A stretch of 64,000 bases of DNA from Tubulanus polymorphus. Its lineage: Eukaryota; Animalia; Nemertea. The notes under the pieces were generated by a model. The model was given only the letters and a program-made list of their open reading frames with translations, did not search any database and had not been told where the DNA came from. Positions 61,310 through 64,000 of the stretch are shown here, piece after piece; the first letter of the stretch is position 1, and the number at the start of each line of letters is the position of its first letter. The DNA is taken from positions 1,471,355-1,535,354 of the forward strand of contig NC_134030.1 in the NCBI RefSeq assembly GCF_964204645.1, given 5' to 3'. The translations under genes were made by a program, and so were the position numbers.

Positions 61310-64000
61310 GGTTTCCCACCATCTTTCAAAAGAGAACTATGAATATATCATTAGCTACAAGGAAACTTTTCAGAAACTTTTTCAGGTCATTCTTTCTTGT
61401 ATTATTAGCATTTGATTCTCTATATATCGTCAGAACATGGACTCAGAGTGTTTCTTTAATGGTTAAGAATGTCTCTTTAACCAACATCCCCCTAGCCTGC
61501 TTCCTACATATCCCTTCCCTTTCCTCCTGATTACCTTTGATCCCCACTGCCTAGCAGCTAACAGCTGCTGCTATTTTATCTGGTTTACATGTTTTGCAGA
61601 TAGTGTCTGTTATGCTATAGTTGTTCTTTTAATCGTTTAACTTCTTCATCTGAAATTTCATTATTCTAATTTCAGTTTCACGCAGGAAATGGTTCATGAA
61701 AATCTGCATTGAGACTGGGACGAAATGTGCATTGAGACGGATGAAATCTGCATGAACAGAGATATACTTTAAGATCCCCATTTTATCCATCGGAGTGAAT
61801 GTACATCCACTACTCACAGGTAGCAAACCTACAAACGCTAAACACTCATCCCTGGGCCCTGATTCAAAAATAAAAATAAAAGATTAAATTAAGAATTAAC
61901 ATTTTTATGAATCAGTGATCAGTTTCATAAAATAATTCCTAAATTAATTTTAGGGGTTTATTATTTCAGATTGAAATGAATTCTTCATGTTTATGCAATT
62001 CTCATTATCTTTCATTGCAGCATTTATATATTCAATTTCAATCATACATGTGAAATATATAATGTATTTTCAGGGAAACGTAAACAAGAAAGGAAGGGAA
62101 GAAAGAGAAGGGAAGAAAGAGTTGGATGATTAATGCGCACTTATTCTCCATTCCGAATTCCTGTATTCGACTCTAGGTGATCATCATACGAACGAGATAT
62201 AGAAAAAAACATTACTGAAGTCATCTCTATATTTTAGTCTCAATTTGTATTTCTAATTCAATTTACTAAGTGTGTAAGTCATCATTTGGATAAGTCGTCA
62301 CATTACTGAAGTCATCTCTATTTTTTAGTCTCAATTTGTATTTCTAATTCAATTTACTAAGTGTGTAAGTCATCATTTGGATAAGTCGTCACATTACTGA
62401 AGTCATCTCTATTTTTTAGTCTCAATTTGTATTTCTAATTCAATTCACTAAGTGTGTAAGTCATCATTTGGATAAGTCGTCACATTATTGAAGTCATCTC
62501 TATTTTGAAGTCTCAATTAGTATTCAGTTTACTTCAGATAACGTAATTCGGTTTAATCACAAGTCGTCAACATTATAATCAATGTAACTACAGTGACTAC
62601 ATTATTGTCCTTTTATTGAGAAATTTATGTTAATTTTTGATTTCTGGGATAAATCAAAATTCAAATGTTATCATTTTTTGTATCAAAAATTGTAAAAAAT
62701 TGAATAATTTGTGTGCTATTGAAACATTCAGTTATGGGGAGTTTTAAGCTCAGAAAACTTTGAGCCTGTTTATACAAGTGTTGTAACAAGTGTTGAACAA
62801 TTCAAAGATCATGTTTTTTATACTTTGTCATGTTAGAAAAAATGTTTTCTAGTATATTGATGTTTCTAAAAAAACATATGATTCAACTTTAAAAGGCCAA
62901 GCCTTCTAATAAAATTAGTTTGTCATATATATATATATATTACTTGGTTATTGTCAAGTTTTTTAAAAAATATTTTGGTTTTCTCAGCTTTCTCTGGTGG
63001 AAATTTCTTCGTGGAATTCCTCTTCTATACAAGTTCCTCCTCAGACTGTTTTTATGCGAGAGTTTATAACAACCGGATCCTCAGAAAATGGTCGGAGTGC
63101 CAAGTCTTCGATTTAAGATCACCAGTCTTATCTGAGACCATAAGTTCACTAGCAAGTTTCACTAGCGATTCCAACAGCTATAGGATGGAACAGTATTATT
63201 ATATAGGTCACCACTGTGCAATTGAGCCCAGATCATCAGAAAAAGATAAAAGTGAAGATATGTGATGGGATTCATTGAAAATTTTGCATATTTAATTAAT
63301 TCATTGAACTACTTGATTTGTATGATTTATTTTTTGGGAATTTTCGAATTTGTCATCAATAACTAGTATATATTTCTTTTCAAGTTGTGAGCGATCTAGT
63401 TCTCTGTCGACCCATTGAAAATGAATCGACTCTGAACTGTAGAACTGGACCCAGGGAGCTGAATCTCGCGTGCCACAGCAAGATACAGAGCTCTTCAATG
63501 TCTTAACCGTCAGGTGCTGCCCCTAAACAAATCAATAGCGGTAAATCTGTGAACTAACTTATAGCTCGCTTGCCAGAGTAGAATGATAGCGAGCTGTCTA
63601 AAATCTTGAACCGTCTAGTGCTGCCCCTTAATCGATATGTATCGGAAAAGTGAATTTATTACTCGCATGCCACAGTAGTTGAGTAGTTGGAACATCATGA
63701 TAGACTCGTTTTTCTGTGCAGCTATAACGGGAACTATTTCAGATCTGATAATGAATATAAACTCAGTCACAGTTCGATAACAAACGCCGCTGGGTGAAAT
63801 TGATGTAAACAAATAATCGTGTTGAAATTGAATTTAGTTTAAGATATATTTTCGTGGTAGTTTTTATTTTCAAGCTGTTTACGTTCACTTCAAATGATGA
63901 AACGATGAAACCATATTAAATACATCCCTGTTTTAGTGGGGATTTTGAGTTTTGGTCCTTTCCGTATCTTCTAGAAACATCAAGTAGAAAGGCATTAACT
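60685..64000 (+). repeat. Segmental duplication, copy B (runs off the window)
   Basis: Spurious ORFs recur almost unchanged (for example 29106 vs 62951, 29770 vs 63615). Confidence 0.95.

Overview
AT-rich, repeat-dense animal genomic DNA (GT-AG introns, CTCF-like motifs, DIRS/hAT/Helentron-type repeats; a spiralian invertebrate is a guess). The ORF track shows no gene, but hand-splicing gives one intact 9-coding-exon gene on + (ATG 35315 to TAG 51431; 1032 nt, 343 aa). It encodes an unrecognised, largely low-complexity, S/TP-rich, poly-Q, NLS-bearing protein starting MPKATRKTRGAGPSHSSPY. It is flanked on both sides (18-27 kb and 59-61 kb, all on -) by scrambled paralogous fragments: about 15 copies of the 21-codon first coding exon, plus copies of exons 2-4 and 6-9. 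Some copies lack introns 1, 2 or 6 precisely, which independently confirms three splice junctions. Many differences are synonymous, so the family was under protein-level selection. A 47-bp satellite sits just upstream of five of the exon-1 copies, a 72-nt near-perfect hairpin overlaps the stop codon, and a roughly 3.3-kb direct duplication 33.8 kb apart suggests a larger tandem unit. Intron 6 holds a decayed DIRS retrotransposon with nested DNA elements. The rest is minisatellites, MITEs and decayed exon-like arrays. No database searches were run; all family names come from motif recognition.
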